This document shows, one piece after another, positions 27,400 to 36,849 of a stretch of DNA of 64,000 bases (positions are counted from its first letter, which is position 1; every line of letters begins with the position of its first letter). The translations under genes and the position numbers were made by a program. The notes under the pieces were generated by a model that saw nothing but the letters and a program-made list of their open reading frames with translations, made no database searches and was not told the origin of the DNA. This DNA comes from Candidatus Cloacimonadales bacterium (GTDB lineage: Bacteria; Cloacimonadota; Cloacimonadia; Cloacimonadales; JAFGVF01), in assembly GCA_963663475.2 (NCBI GenBank), contig CAXXJV010000001.1, forward strand, positions 352,001 to 416,000, given 5' to 3'.

Positions 27400-27938
27400 T
27401 AATCTCCCTCAGCTATTCTTTGTCTTATTTTAGGAGCTAATACTAAGGCTATTAGCATTTTACATAAATCACCTACAAGGAAAATCCAATAAATAGGAAG
27501 AGATTTAACCCAACCCTGAGGAAATCTATATATTAACCAAACAATACCTAAAAAATGGATTATTAAGAATCCCGCAAGAAGTGCTACTATATCCTTAATT
27601 CTGTTTGGTTTTCTAGAAGATATCAATGAGATTATAAAACTTGCTAAAAGATAACCTAGAAGATAGCCTCCCGTAGGTCCGTAAAAATGATGTAAACCTC
27701 CACTTGCCCCAGAAAATACTGGTAAGCCCAGGCCTCCAAGCAAAAGATAGATTGTAACCGAAGTTACAGACCATTTTACTGGCAAGACTAAGGCAAGAAT
27801 AAATATAAACAAATTCGCAAGCACTATAGGCACTATTCCTGTTGGAATAGTAATATAAGAGCCTATTATTATTAATGAAGTGAAAAGAGAAGCATATATC
27901 ATTAGCTTTATACTATTGTTTCTTTGCATATTAGTCAA
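27399..27938 (-). CDS. bioY: Biotin ECF S component
   Basis: YLLLGGLGLPVF and GPTGGYLLGY motifs. Confidence 0.92.
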   Translation of the reverse strand: MTNMQRNNSIKLMIYASLFTSLIIIGSYITIPTGIVPIVLANLFIFILALVLPVKWSVTSVTIYLLLGGLGLPVFSGASGGLHHFYGPTGGYLLGYLLASFIISLISSRKPNRIKDIVALLAGFLIIHFLGIVWLIYRFPQGWVKSLPIYWIFLVGDLCKMLIALVLAPKIRQRIAEGD

Positions 27939-28066
27939 CCTTTATAAATATAGTTTTGACTATCTTTTTTAGCTTAGAAATTAAGTCAAGCAGATTAGGC
28001 AGTTATTTGAGTAAAATCATATTTCCACTCTACTTTAGAGAGAGCCATTATAGATTTCTATTTTTT

Positions 28067-28531
28067 GGCTCTTGTTCAAGTCTGGTGGTAAATAAGAGAC
28101 TTTCATTATAGCATATTGATTGAATAATAGAAAGTTACAAGTAAGAATATACCATAGACTTATTATAATCCCAAATGGTGCAATAGAGCTTTAGAGAAGA
28201 GTGCAAATTCTTTTAGCAAAATAGCTTGCAGAATTTTGACGCATATAATATATATATTCGGAAGAATTATGTAAGTTACTTTTGCAAAAGAATATTCTGC
28301 TATTCTCAAAGATCTATTACATTATTTGGGATAATACATTATTTATCATTTTATTAAACCCTTACAGGGTAATATCTTTGGACTAGCCATCATTACCCAG
28401 GGTTGCGATACTTTCAGCATCTTACCCTAGGCTAAATTATTTTATCCCTTTCAGGGATTTTTGATGAATCAATATAGTAATGAAATATTCTCATTTTCCT
28501 ATATTTTTCCCACCAGACTTGAACTTGAGCC
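28067..28531 (+). mobile_element. Family B MITE with internal deletion and a nested family A copy
   Basis: Both TIRs present. Flanks TATTTTTT and TATTTTTC match at 7 of 8 positions. The left REP arm is deleted at an ATATAC microhomology. Confidence 0.88.
28170..28330 (+). mobile_element. Family A MITE, full length, nested in family B
   Basis: CCC...GGG ends with an ATAAT duplication. Confidence 0.88.
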
Positions 28532-28556
28532 TATTTTTCAGGGTTTTAGCAAAACA

Positions 28557-28591
28557 AAAAAAAAGCTAACTTAATTTTATAAGTTAGCTTT
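28557..28591 (-). terminator. Terminator of the glmL-like operon
   Basis: AAAGCTAACTTA/TAAGTTAGCTTT stem with a T run on the minus strand. Confidence 0.75.
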
Positions 28592-28616
28592 GTAATTTAT
28601 TAGTTATGTTATGAAA

Positions 28617-29750
28617 TTATTCTTCAATAACCTCAACGTTAGCACGAGGAATAAGAACTTCCTTGCCATTGTTAAGTTTAGCTTTAAGAACTCTCACAAG
28701 AGTTTCAGATTCAACTTCTGTAAGTGGTTCAGGCAATTCGGTAATTCTACCAATTTCACCAAAGTCAGGTTGTCTAATAACACGGATAAGAGATCCTATT
28801 TCTAAAGAAGCCATTTCTGCGTCTTTAACGATAAGCTCTTCACCTTCTTTCATAGGAAGAGGGATAATAACTTCAGGTCTCATAACACCAGCACGAATTT
28901 GTGTAAATCCGTGAACAGATGCTTTACGACCTTGGAATTTTTTAAGAAGTTCAAAAGTATTTTTTGCCATAGTAATTGGTCCAAAACCTTCAGTAACAAT
29001 TAAGGTAACACCAATTTTTTCATGACCAGTAATAGCCACACCTATATCATAGCCAAGCAATTTTTTAAGATCTTGGTCATCAACACCACCAGAGATAATT
29101 GCAGCAACACCAATTTGAGCAGCCTTCTTAATAGCTTCAAGTGAGCATAATGCACCAGCTACAATTACTTTACCCTTACAGTCAGGAGTAATACTTGCAG
29201 GATCAAGATGGTCATCTGGTGATTTAGCTAACATCTTAATTTCACCGCTAGTTTCACCAGCTAATCCAAAGATACCTTGGATATAAGCAGATCTATTTTC
29301 AATAATAACACCTTCATCAGGGATAACATCAGTTACCACACCATCGATGAAAGCTTTGATTTCTACTGGAATTCTAGGTTCTCTAAGAACAGCATTACCT
29401 GTTGCTGGAGAGACACTTTCAACTTCACCATCTATAGGAGATTTAACGCTAGATTTGAAAAGTCCAGTACCGAAAAGACCTTTAGTTTCAGCTAAAATTT
29501 GATCTTTTTTGATATGGTCTCCAACTTTTACTTTTAAGAAGTTACCTAACATCTGTGGGGTAACACCTAACTTATTTGCTATTTTATAAGGAACAACATT
29601 ACCAGGTAAAGAAGTTTTAGCTACGATATCATCAGCTTTAACTCTGTCTCCTTTTTTAACTGTAACTTCCCCTTTCAAAGGAAGAATTCTTTCTTTTTTC
29701 AGAACAATATTCTCGGTTACTGTCAATCCGGCTGAATATGCTTGTGCCAT
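28617..29750 (-). CDS. Conserved hypothetical protein (barrel-sandwich-hybrid-like repeats, C-terminal KOW/SH3-like), partner of the GlmL-like protein
   Basis: Repeats VTVKKGDRV, LKVKVGDHI and SPIDGEV. C-terminal IGSLIRVIR..FGEIGRI. Confidence 0.65.
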   Translation of the reverse strand: MAQAYSAGLTVTENIVLKKERILPLKGEVTVKKGDRVKADDIVAKTSLPGNVVPYKIANKLGVTPQMLGNFLKVKVGDHIKKDQILAETKGLFGTGLFKSSVKSPIDGEVESVSPATGNAVLREPRIPVEIKAFIDGVVTDVIPDEGVIIENRSAYIQGIFGLAGETSGEIKMLAKSPDDHLDPASITPDCKGKVIVAGALCSLEAIKKAAQIGVAAIISGGVDDQDLKKLLGYDIGVAITGHEKIGVTLIVTEGFGPITMAKNTFELLKKFQGRKASVHGFTQIRAGVMRPEVIIPLPMKEGEELIVKDAEMASLEIGSLIRVIRQPDFGEIGRITELPEPLTEVESETLVRVLKAKLNNGKEVLIPRANVEVIEE

Positions 29751-29759
29751 TATTTCCTC

Positions 29760-31625
29760 CTATTTAAGTTTTTCTTGTGGGTAAGCTTTAAGTTCTCTCA
29801 TCCATTTAAGGAGACGAGGGACACGTTCAGCTGTTTCTACAGGTAAGACAAATGGTTGTCTTCCGCGAGTATCAAGTACGATACCAACTTCACCACCAGT
29901 TAATTCAGTTGTAATTTCTTGATTTTTACCAGCACCAATATCTAGTCCTCTACCAGGTTTTAGTACAGCTTTAGCAACTGAGCCAGTAGGACAAGGCAAT
30001 AATCTGATTTCACCAAATGGTATTTTTTCTTCAAAGACACTACCATCTGGGAGTTCAATTTTAGCTTCAAGAGCTATTTTGCCTTCTTTAATTTTTCCTA
30101 CAGGAGCAACACAAGAACCTATGTAAATCATACAGTCTTTATTGAAAACTTCAGTAGCAATTTCTTCATTAATAGAAGCTAAAACACCTAAGTGAGGCAT
30201 CATGAAAATAGAGTCAACAGCTAGCTTAGTAATACCTTCAGGTAAGAAAGCATCAATAAGCATCATCATAGTTTGATGTCTTCTAGGAGCATGTGATAAA
30301 ACACCACCAGAACCAACTAAGAGGTCAAGGGTAAGCATATTAACAATAGTATCGCCAGATTCAGATTGTGAGAAAGCTTCAGCAATATCAGAATTCTTTT
30401 GAGTACCTTTAAGATTAACAGCAAACTCTTTATGTTGAATAAAAGCAAGTCTGAGAGCTTCTTTAGCAATAGCTTGTTCAAGCACAAGTTCTTGGAAAAG
30501 AGCTGGAATAGTAGTAGGTCTAATCATTTTATTCTTAATCATATTTCTAAGTTCTTTGACATCAATATCAAAAGGAACCCAGCGAAGGATATTATCCAAG
30601 CCAGCACTAGCAAGAACATTAGAAATAGAGTAACTCATACCAAGGTTAGCAGAAACAGTTCTATTAAAAACAAAATCTTCAGTAAATACGGAGAAAACGT
30701 CAGTAGTAGCACCACCGATATCAACACCTAGAACTTCAATATTTTCTTGTTTTGCAATAGTCTGCATAATATTACCAACAGCAGCTGGAGTAGGCATAAT
30801 TGGAACTGGTTTGAGGTCTGGTCCTACAGTCCATGCCATTAATTTATTATAACCTGGGGCTTGTTGCATAACGTGTTCCATAAAGATTTCATGAATTTCA
30901 TCACGAGCAGGCCCTAAGTTTTCTCTTTCGAGAGTAGGTCGAAGATTATCAGTAATCATTAAATCAACTTTATCACCTAAAGTCTTTTTAATTTCTTCTC
31001 TAGCTTGTATTGTACCTGCATAAATAACAGGAAGTTTGTAGCTTGAACCAAGTCTTGGTTTAGGATCAGCAGCACCAACCAACTCAGCCATTTCGATAAC
31101 ATGTTTGTTACTTGTAGCGTTATCGGTGTGACCAGCCATAAGAATCATATCAGGTCTTAAATGACGAATACGCTCAATTTTTTCATGATCCATTCTTTGA
31201 TCATTACTTGCAATTAAGTCCATAACAATGGCACCTGCACCTAGAGCTGCTCTTTCAGCTGATTCACCAGTCATTTTAGCAACAACACCAGTAACCATCA
31301 TTTGAAGTCCACCACCAGCAGATGATGTTGATACATAAGCATCAGCTCCAATATCACCTTTTCTAGGAATAATAAGTTTAGAATCTTGAATTAAGGAGAT
31401 ATTAGGATTGTTATATTTCAATCTAGCTAATTCTTCTAATTCTTGCACAGCATTTAAAACTCCGCGGGTAACATCATTCAATGGTGCTTCAACTGTAGTA
31501 GGAGCTTCACCACGCACTGTTTGTCGGTATTCACCATCAACATATTCAATAAGGATAGCTTTGGTAGTAGTAGAACCGCAATCAGTAGCAATGATACGAG
31601 TCAATTTTTTCTTCTCGTACTGCAT
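29760..31625 (-). CDS. GlmL/MutL (glutamate mutase L)-like ASKHA ATPase
   Basis: Actin-fold motifs TDCGSTTTKA and VDIGGATTDVFS, plus SSAGGGL, IMPTP and GSGGVLSH. Start placed after GGAGG (ORF track start is 31637). Confidence 0.8.
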   Translation of the reverse strand: MQYEKKKLTRIIATDCGSTTTKAILIEYVDGEYRQTVRGEAPTTVEAPLNDVTRGVLNAVQELEELARLKYNNPNISLIQDSKLIIPRKGDIGADAYVSTSSAGGGLQMMVTGVVAKMTGESAERAALGAGAIVMDLIASNDQRMDHEKIERIRHLRPDMILMAGHTDNATSNKHVIEMAELVGAADPKPRLGSSYKLPVIYAGTIQAREEIKKTLGDKVDLMITDNLRPTLERENLGPARDEIHEIFMEHVMQQAPGYNKLMAWTVGPDLKPVPIMPTPAAVGNIMQTIAKQENIEVLGVDIGGATTDVFSVFTEDFVFNRTVSANLGMSYSISNVLASAGLDNILRWVPFDIDVKELRNMIKNKMIRPTTIPALFQELVLEQAIAKEALRLAFIQHKEFAVNLKGTQKNSDIAEAFSQSESGDTIVNMLTLDLLVGSGGVLSHAPRRHQTMMMLIDAFLPEGITKLAVDSIFMMPHLGVLASINEEIATEVFNKDCMIYIGSCVAPVGKIKEGKIALEAKIELPDGSVFEEKIPFGEIRLLPCPTGSVAKAVLKPGRGLDIGAGKNQEITTELTGGEVGIVLDTRGRQPFVLPVETAERVPRLLKWMRELKAYPQEKLK

Positions 31626-31646
31626 TATTTCCTCCATTTATAATAA

Positions 31647-32012
31647 TTATTTATTTCTTCTCCAAAATAGAAAAATCTTCTTAAATCTTTGATTTCTCTT
31701 TCTGCGTCTAATTCTTCTTTTTTCATACTTTTCTCTATTAATTTCAACATCTAATTCATCAATTCTCATAGCTAACATTTTGAGATATTTATCTTCTTCT
31801 ATGAGAGCAGCAAACTCTTGGTAACTCTTTGAGTCAAAGATAATTTCGGCAACAGGTAAGACAAAATAAAGTAGCTGACTTCCAATATGGTTTAACGGCA
31901 TAAACATCTCAGTTGCAATCAATGCAGGTGCTGCCATATTTCTTTCAACAACAAACCTAGCTACCTTTTCAATCAAGTGAACAGCTCTTTCTTCAGAAAT
32001 AGAAACAATCAT
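31647..32012 (-). CDS. Conserved hypothetical protein with a basic C-terminus
   Basis: Short intergenic gaps to comF and the glmL-like gene. Confidence 0.65.
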   Translation of the reverse strand: MIVSISEERAVHLIEKVARFVVERNMAAPALIATEMFMPLNHIGSQLLYFVLPVAEIIFDSKSYQEFAALIEEDKYLKMLAMRIDELDVEINREKYEKRRIRRRKRNQRFKKIFLFWRRNK

Positions 32013-32017
32013 ATTCT

Positions 32018-32689
32018 TTACGCTTTTCCTAATGTTAATACAAATATCTTGTCAGGGTTAGTATTTTTTAAAACTTTACAGCACTCTTCAACTGTTGAGC
32101 CTGTAGTGAAGACATCATCTAACAAAATTACAGATTTGCCTTTTAAGTCAATACTTTTCTTAAGTTTAAATGCCTGACTAATATTTTTTTCTCTTTTATC
32201 ATGGTCTAAAGTAGCTTGAGAAAGCGTATTGTTTACTCTTTCAATGATATCAGATGAGTATTCACAAGCTAATAATAAGGCCAATTTCTTGGCTATAAGA
32301 CCTGCTTGATTATATCCTCGCTCTCTTTTTCTTACTGAATGTAAAGGTACTGCAGTTATAAGATTTACGTCAAGAATTAATTTAAAATTTTTTATCTGCT
32401 GATAAATTAAGTTAGCTATAAAATCACTGATTGAACTTAAATTATAGAATTTTAAATTATGAATTATTGAGACTACCACTTTTCTATACTGAGCAATGGT
32501 AACCAAATAATCATAAGACTTGCCCTCTATTTTAAGCAAAGGAGGACTTAAATATTCAATTTGATTTAAGCACTCGGGACAAAGATAGTCCTTTTGACTA
32601 GCTATTCTTGCGCCACAATGAATACAGACAGGTGGGAAAAGAAGATTAGACCAAGAATTTCTCAATAGATGCAAATATGTAACCACCAT
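32018..32689 (-). CDS. comF: ComF-family amidophosphoribosyltransferase-like protein
   Basis: CxxC...CxxC zinc ribbon, RERGYNQ and LLDDVFTTG. Confidence 0.85.
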   Translation of the reverse strand: MVVTYLHLLRNSWSNLLFPPVCIHCGARIASQKDYLCPECLNQIEYLSPPLLKIEGKSYDYLVTIAQYRKVVVSIIHNLKFYNLSSISDFIANLIYQQIKNFKLILDVNLITAVPLHSVRKRERGYNQAGLIAKKLALLLACEYSSDIIERVNNTLSQATLDHDKREKNISQAFKLKKSIDLKGKSVILLDDVFTTGSTVEECCKVLKNTNPDKIFVLTLGKA

Positions 32690-33332
32690 CTTGAGACATA
32701 ACTTTATCTTCAGCAGCTCTTTCTGGATGAGGCATCATACCTAAAACATTTTTGCCTTCATTAAGAATACCTGCTATGTTATCAATAGCTCCATTAGGGT
32801 TACTATCTCTAGTAATCTCTCCCTCTTGATTACAGTATTTAAAAGCTATTAAATCTTTATCTTGCAAAAGCTTCAATCCATCATTATCTATAAAGTAGTT
32901 ACCTTCCTTATGAGCAATTGGGATATCGAGTGCTTGACCAGGTATTAGGCCTTTAGTAAAAACAGAATCTTTATTTACAGAAGTAATGTATTGGTGTTGA
33001 CAAATAAATTTTAAACTCTCATTCATCATCAAAGCTCCAGGTAGGAGACCAATTTCTGTGAGAATCTGAAAACCGTTACAAATACCCATTACTAGACCAC
33101 CATTTTGGGCAAACTTAATAACTTCAGCAATTATAGGGGAGAATTTAGCAATAGCACCACAACGAAGATAATCACCATAGGAGAAACCACCAGGGATTAT
33201 TACTAAGTCTGGATTGCTTAATTGGCTATCCTTATGCCACACAAAATCTACTTGATGCCCTCTGATTTTGCCTATATGAAAGGCATCATGATCGCAATTA
33301 GAACCTGGAAAAGTTATAACATTTATTCTCAT
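32646..33332 (-). CDS. purQ: FGAM synthase glutaminase subunit
   Basis: FPGSNCD, GGFSYGDYLR, GICNGFQIL and MMPHPER motifs. Confidence 0.96.
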   Translation of the reverse strand: MRINVITFPGSNCDHDAFHIGKIRGHQVDFVWHKDSQLSNPDLVIIPGGFSYGDYLRCGAIAKFSPIIAEVIKFAQNGGLVMGICNGFQILTEIGLLPGALMMNESLKFICQHQYITSVNKDSVFTKGLIPGQALDIPIAHKEGNYFIDNDGLKLLQDKDLIAFKYCNQEGEITRDSNPNGAIDNIAGILNEGKNVLGMMPHPERAAEDKVMSQDGGYIFASIEKFLV

Positions 33333-33334
33333 TA

Positions 33335-33592
33335 CTATTCTCCGCTTACATGTTCAAGATTCCATGAATAAGTCTCTGTATTAGGATTAGCTAATATTTT
33401 TTGGCATATTTCATGAATCTCATTTTCTGCAGCTTCTAAATCATCACTTTTTAATTTGATTTCAATAAATTTACTAACTCTAACCTCTTCCACATTATCA
33501 TATCCTATTGAGTGAAGAGAGTTCATTACTTGCTTTCCCTGTGGGTCAAGAACACTTGCTTTTAAGGTAACGTATACTTTTGCTTTAATCAT
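33335..33592 (-). CDS. purS: FGAM synthase small subunit
   Basis: VLDPQG and LANP motifs, upstream of purQ. Confidence 0.95.
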   Translation of the reverse strand: MIKAKVYVTLKASVLDPQGKQVMNSLHSIGYDNVEEVRVSKFIEIKLKSDDLEAAENEIHEICQKILANPNTETYSWNLEHVSGE

Positions 33593-33663
33593 ATTATCCT
33601 CTTAATTTTATATTATTTAGTTTCATAAATTTCTAAAGGCTTAATCTCTGTCAAGAGAGTTAA

Positions 33664-35331
33664 TTACCTAACACTTCTAAGAGCTTGAGCAATGTTAAGT
33701 GAATAATCTCCAATATGCTCAAAATGTCTTAAAAGATCAATATAGAGAAGCTCTGCTTGCACATCTGAATTACCAGCAGTGATTCTTTCTCTAGCATTGT
33801 GTTTATATCTTTTTCTAATATTATTAATTTGATTTTCTATCTCATAGGCCTGTTTTAAATCATCTCTCTTCATGTGTTCAAGCATTTTGTGATTATAAAG
33901 AGACATAAATTCTTTAACTGCCTTAGCTATATCATTAATTTCTTGAGTAGCCTCGGGATGCATTTCTAGTTTTTTATCATACTTTTTCTTGGTAATCAAC
34001 ATTATTCTAAGAACAGAGTCTCCAATACCTTCTAGTTCATGAACTATCCTTATCATAGCATTGATATTTTTTGCATAAGTATCTGTGAGAGCTTCTTCTG
34101 AACAAAGGGTCAAGAAGTTAGTAATTTCTCTTTGCATATCATCAGTTAATTTTTCTTGACGACTAATCTTTTCTACCTCATCTCCCAGTTTTTTGTGAGG
34201 GTTAAAGAAAAGATGTAAGGAAGTATCAAACATATCTTCACAAATTCTAACTAGCTTAAAAATCTCCTGTCTTACCTGTTCTAGATTAAAGGCAGTTGGA
34301 TCAACACGACCTGATTGCAAGTATGCCAACTTATATTCAGTATTTTCATCATTCCTGTTTGGTTTAACTATCTTTTCTACTGCTAGGGCAAAGTATTTAA
34401 CCAGCCAGATACAAACAAAAGTATTTATGACATTAAATACAGTATGGAAAAGACTGAGTTTTAGTGGTAGATTAGAAAGCATTTCCTTCCAAGGAGATAA
34501 CCAATCGATTAATTGAATAAAATAGGTGAAAATAAAAGTCATCCAAACCACACCAAAGATATTAAAGAGCAGGTGTGCTCTAGCTGCTCTTCTAGCATTC
34601 ACTGTAGTTCCGATTGAAGCTAAATAAGCGGTAATAGTAGTACCGATATTCTCACCCAAGACTATCATTGCAGCTGTTGGAAAATCTATCCAACCCTTAT
34701 AAGCCATTGTCACTGTAATAGCCATAGCTGCAGAAGAAGATTGAACTGCAATTGTTAATCCAGCCCCTAAAATCACAAAGATAAAGTATGATAATAAACC
34801 TCTACCTGTAAAATCTTTAACAAACTGAAAAATCTCTGGGTGATTATTTATGTCAGGAACTGAATCTTTTAAAAAAGACAGACCTAAAAAGAGTAAACCA
34901 AAGCCTATCAATACTTCAGCCCATTCTCTTTTCATTCTATGCTTTGAGAAAAAGAGGGGTAAACCAACACCAATCATAGGAAGGGCAATAGCAGAAATCT
35001 TAAATTTAAAACCTACAAATGATACTATCCAAGTTGTAACAGTAGTTCCTATATTTGCTCCCATTATCACACCAATAGACTGCACTAGGTTCAGCAAACC
35101 AGCATTAACAAAACTCACAACCATAACTGTCGTTGCTGATGAAGATTGGATAAGTGCAGTTATTAGAAATCCAGTAAAAACAGCCATAAATCTATTCTTA
35201 GTCATATAATTAAGAATAGATTTCATCTTATCTCCAGCAACCTTATGGATGCCATCACTCATTACTTTCATTCCATAGAGGAATACACCAAGCGAACCTA
35301 ATAAATTGAAAATCAAGGCAATAGAAGACAT
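33664..35331 (-). CDS. Na+/Pi cotransporter with PhoU-like domain
   Basis: Duplicated QSSS...GA/ENIGTT repeats and C-terminal E.IGD helices. Confidence 0.9.
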   Translation of the reverse strand: MSSIALIFNLLGSLGVFLYGMKVMSDGIHKVAGDKMKSILNYMTKNRFMAVFTGFLITALIQSSSATTVMVVSFVNAGLLNLVQSIGVIMGANIGTTVTTWIVSFVGFKFKISAIALPMIGVGLPLFFSKHRMKREWAEVLIGFGLLFLGLSFLKDSVPDINNHPEIFQFVKDFTGRGLLSYFIFVILGAGLTIAVQSSSAAMAITVTMAYKGWIDFPTAAMIVLGENIGTTITAYLASIGTTVNARRAARAHLLFNIFGVVWMTFIFTYFIQLIDWLSPWKEMLSNLPLKLSLFHTVFNVINTFVCIWLVKYFALAVEKIVKPNRNDENTEYKLAYLQSGRVDPTAFNLEQVRQEIFKLVRICEDMFDTSLHLFFNPHKKLGDEVEKISRQEKLTDDMQREITNFLTLCSEEALTDTYAKNINAMIRIVHELEGIGDSVLRIMLITKKKYDKKLEMHPEATQEINDIAKAVKEFMSLYNHKMLEHMKRDDLKQAYEIENQINNIRKRYKHNARERITAGNSDVQAELLYIDLLRHFEHIGDYSLNIAQALRSVR

Positions 35332-35393
35332 TTTTTATCCTTTTATAATATAATTAAAAAAAAGACAGTCGGCTAAAGGACTGTCTAACATAG

Positions 35394-36650
35394 TTATTTA
35401 ATAAGACTAGCAAGGTCGTCGATAGAAACATCTACCTGCTTTCTTTCTTGTAAGTATTTCAGAGTAACTACTCCACGTTCTAATTCATCATCACCCAAAA
35501 TAAGGGCATATTTAGATTGGATTTTATCAGCCATTTTCATCTGAGCTTTTAGAGAAGTTTTATCTGGGTCATATTCGACAGAAATATTATTCTTACGTAA
35601 AATACTAATAATTTCTGCAACCCTCATTTGAGCTTTCTTACCTATAGCAACAATATATACTTGCGGGATTACTTGCTTTCCCGAGAATAAATTTTCTTCT
35701 TCCATAGAAAGTAGAAGTCTTTCAAAACCACCAGCAAAACCAATTCCTGGAACAGCTTTACCGCCAATTTGCTCAACTAATCCGTTATACCTTCCTCCTG
35801 CACCAATTGCATTTTGGGCACCAAGTTTATGGTTAAGAAATTCAAAGGCAGTATGAGTATAATAATCTAAGCCTCTAACTATCTTAGGATTAACAGAGAA
35901 AGGCACTTGAAATTGATTTAAAAATTCTTTAACCTGTTCAAAGTGATTTGAACACTCTTCATCAAGATAATCAAGCATAAGGGGAGCATTTTGACCTATT
36001 TCTTTACAAGTCTTAACCTTACAATCTAAGATTCTTCTAGGTTTTTTATCTAACCTAACTTGGCAGTCATGGCATAAATCATTTTTATAGGGAGCAAAGT
36101 ATTCCTGCAAGGCTTTATCATAACGGGCAGAGACAAGGTCATTACCGACACTATTAATTTCTACTTCAAATTGAGTGAGACCTAATTTTTGGACAAAGGT
36201 GTAGAAGAGAGCTATGATTTCAGCATCTATATAGGGGTTGTTAGATCCAATTGCTTCTACTCCATATTGGTAGAATTGACGATATCTCCCCTTTTGAGGC
36301 CTATCATATCTAAACATAGGGCCAGTATAGAATAGTTTTTGAATTCCTGCTGCAGACCCTAAAGAATTCTCGACATAGCTTCTAACGACAGGAGCTGTGC
36401 CTTCTGGTCTGAGGGCAAAAGTTCTTCCCTTCTTATCATTGAATTTATACATTTCTTTTTGCACTATGTCAGATGTTTCACCTGATGATCTTTCAAAAAG
36501 GTCTGCATCTTCAAAGATAGGCGTAACTATTTCTTTATAATTAAATAATTTAGCTGTACTTTTAAATACATTTATTATATATTCCCATTTATAGCTATCA
36601 TCGGGCAAAATATCATAAGTCCCACGAGGGAGATTATATTTTGAACTCAC
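35394..36650 (-). CDS. hisS: Histidine--tRNA ligase
   Basis: LRPEGTA, RYDRPQKGRYRQF, VRGLDYY and GGRYNGL motifs. Confidence 0.97.
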   Translation of the reverse strand: MSSKYNLPRGTYDILPDDSYKWEYIINVFKSTAKLFNYKEIVTPIFEDADLFERSSGETSDIVQKEMYKFNDKKGRTFALRPEGTAPVVRSYVENSLGSAAGIQKLFYTGPMFRYDRPQKGRYRQFYQYGVEAIGSNNPYIDAEIIALFYTFVQKLGLTQFEVEINSVGNDLVSARYDKALQEYFAPYKNDLCHDCQVRLDKKPRRILDCKVKTCKEIGQNAPLMLDYLDEECSNHFEQVKEFLNQFQVPFSVNPKIVRGLDYYTHTAFEFLNHKLGAQNAIGAGGRYNGLVEQIGGKAVPGIGFAGGFERLLLSMEEENLFSGKQVIPQVYIVAIGKKAQMRVAEIISILRKNNISVEYDPDKTSLKAQMKMADKIQSKYALILGDDELERGVVTLKYLQERKQVDVSIDDLASLIK

Positions 36651-36849
36651 TAAGATACCTCTTCTAGTATTTTTTTTGTCATAATTTTTAGTTAAGATAA
36701 ATCGTCAATTATTATTATATAGATCTAATAAAAATGATCATTTCCCTAATTAGTCCAATCGACTTTCTGTCAGTTAAGAAATCCACTATATTCACAATGT
36801 AAATAAATATCATGGATAGCTGAAGCAGAAGCTTAGATTCCTAAAATAG

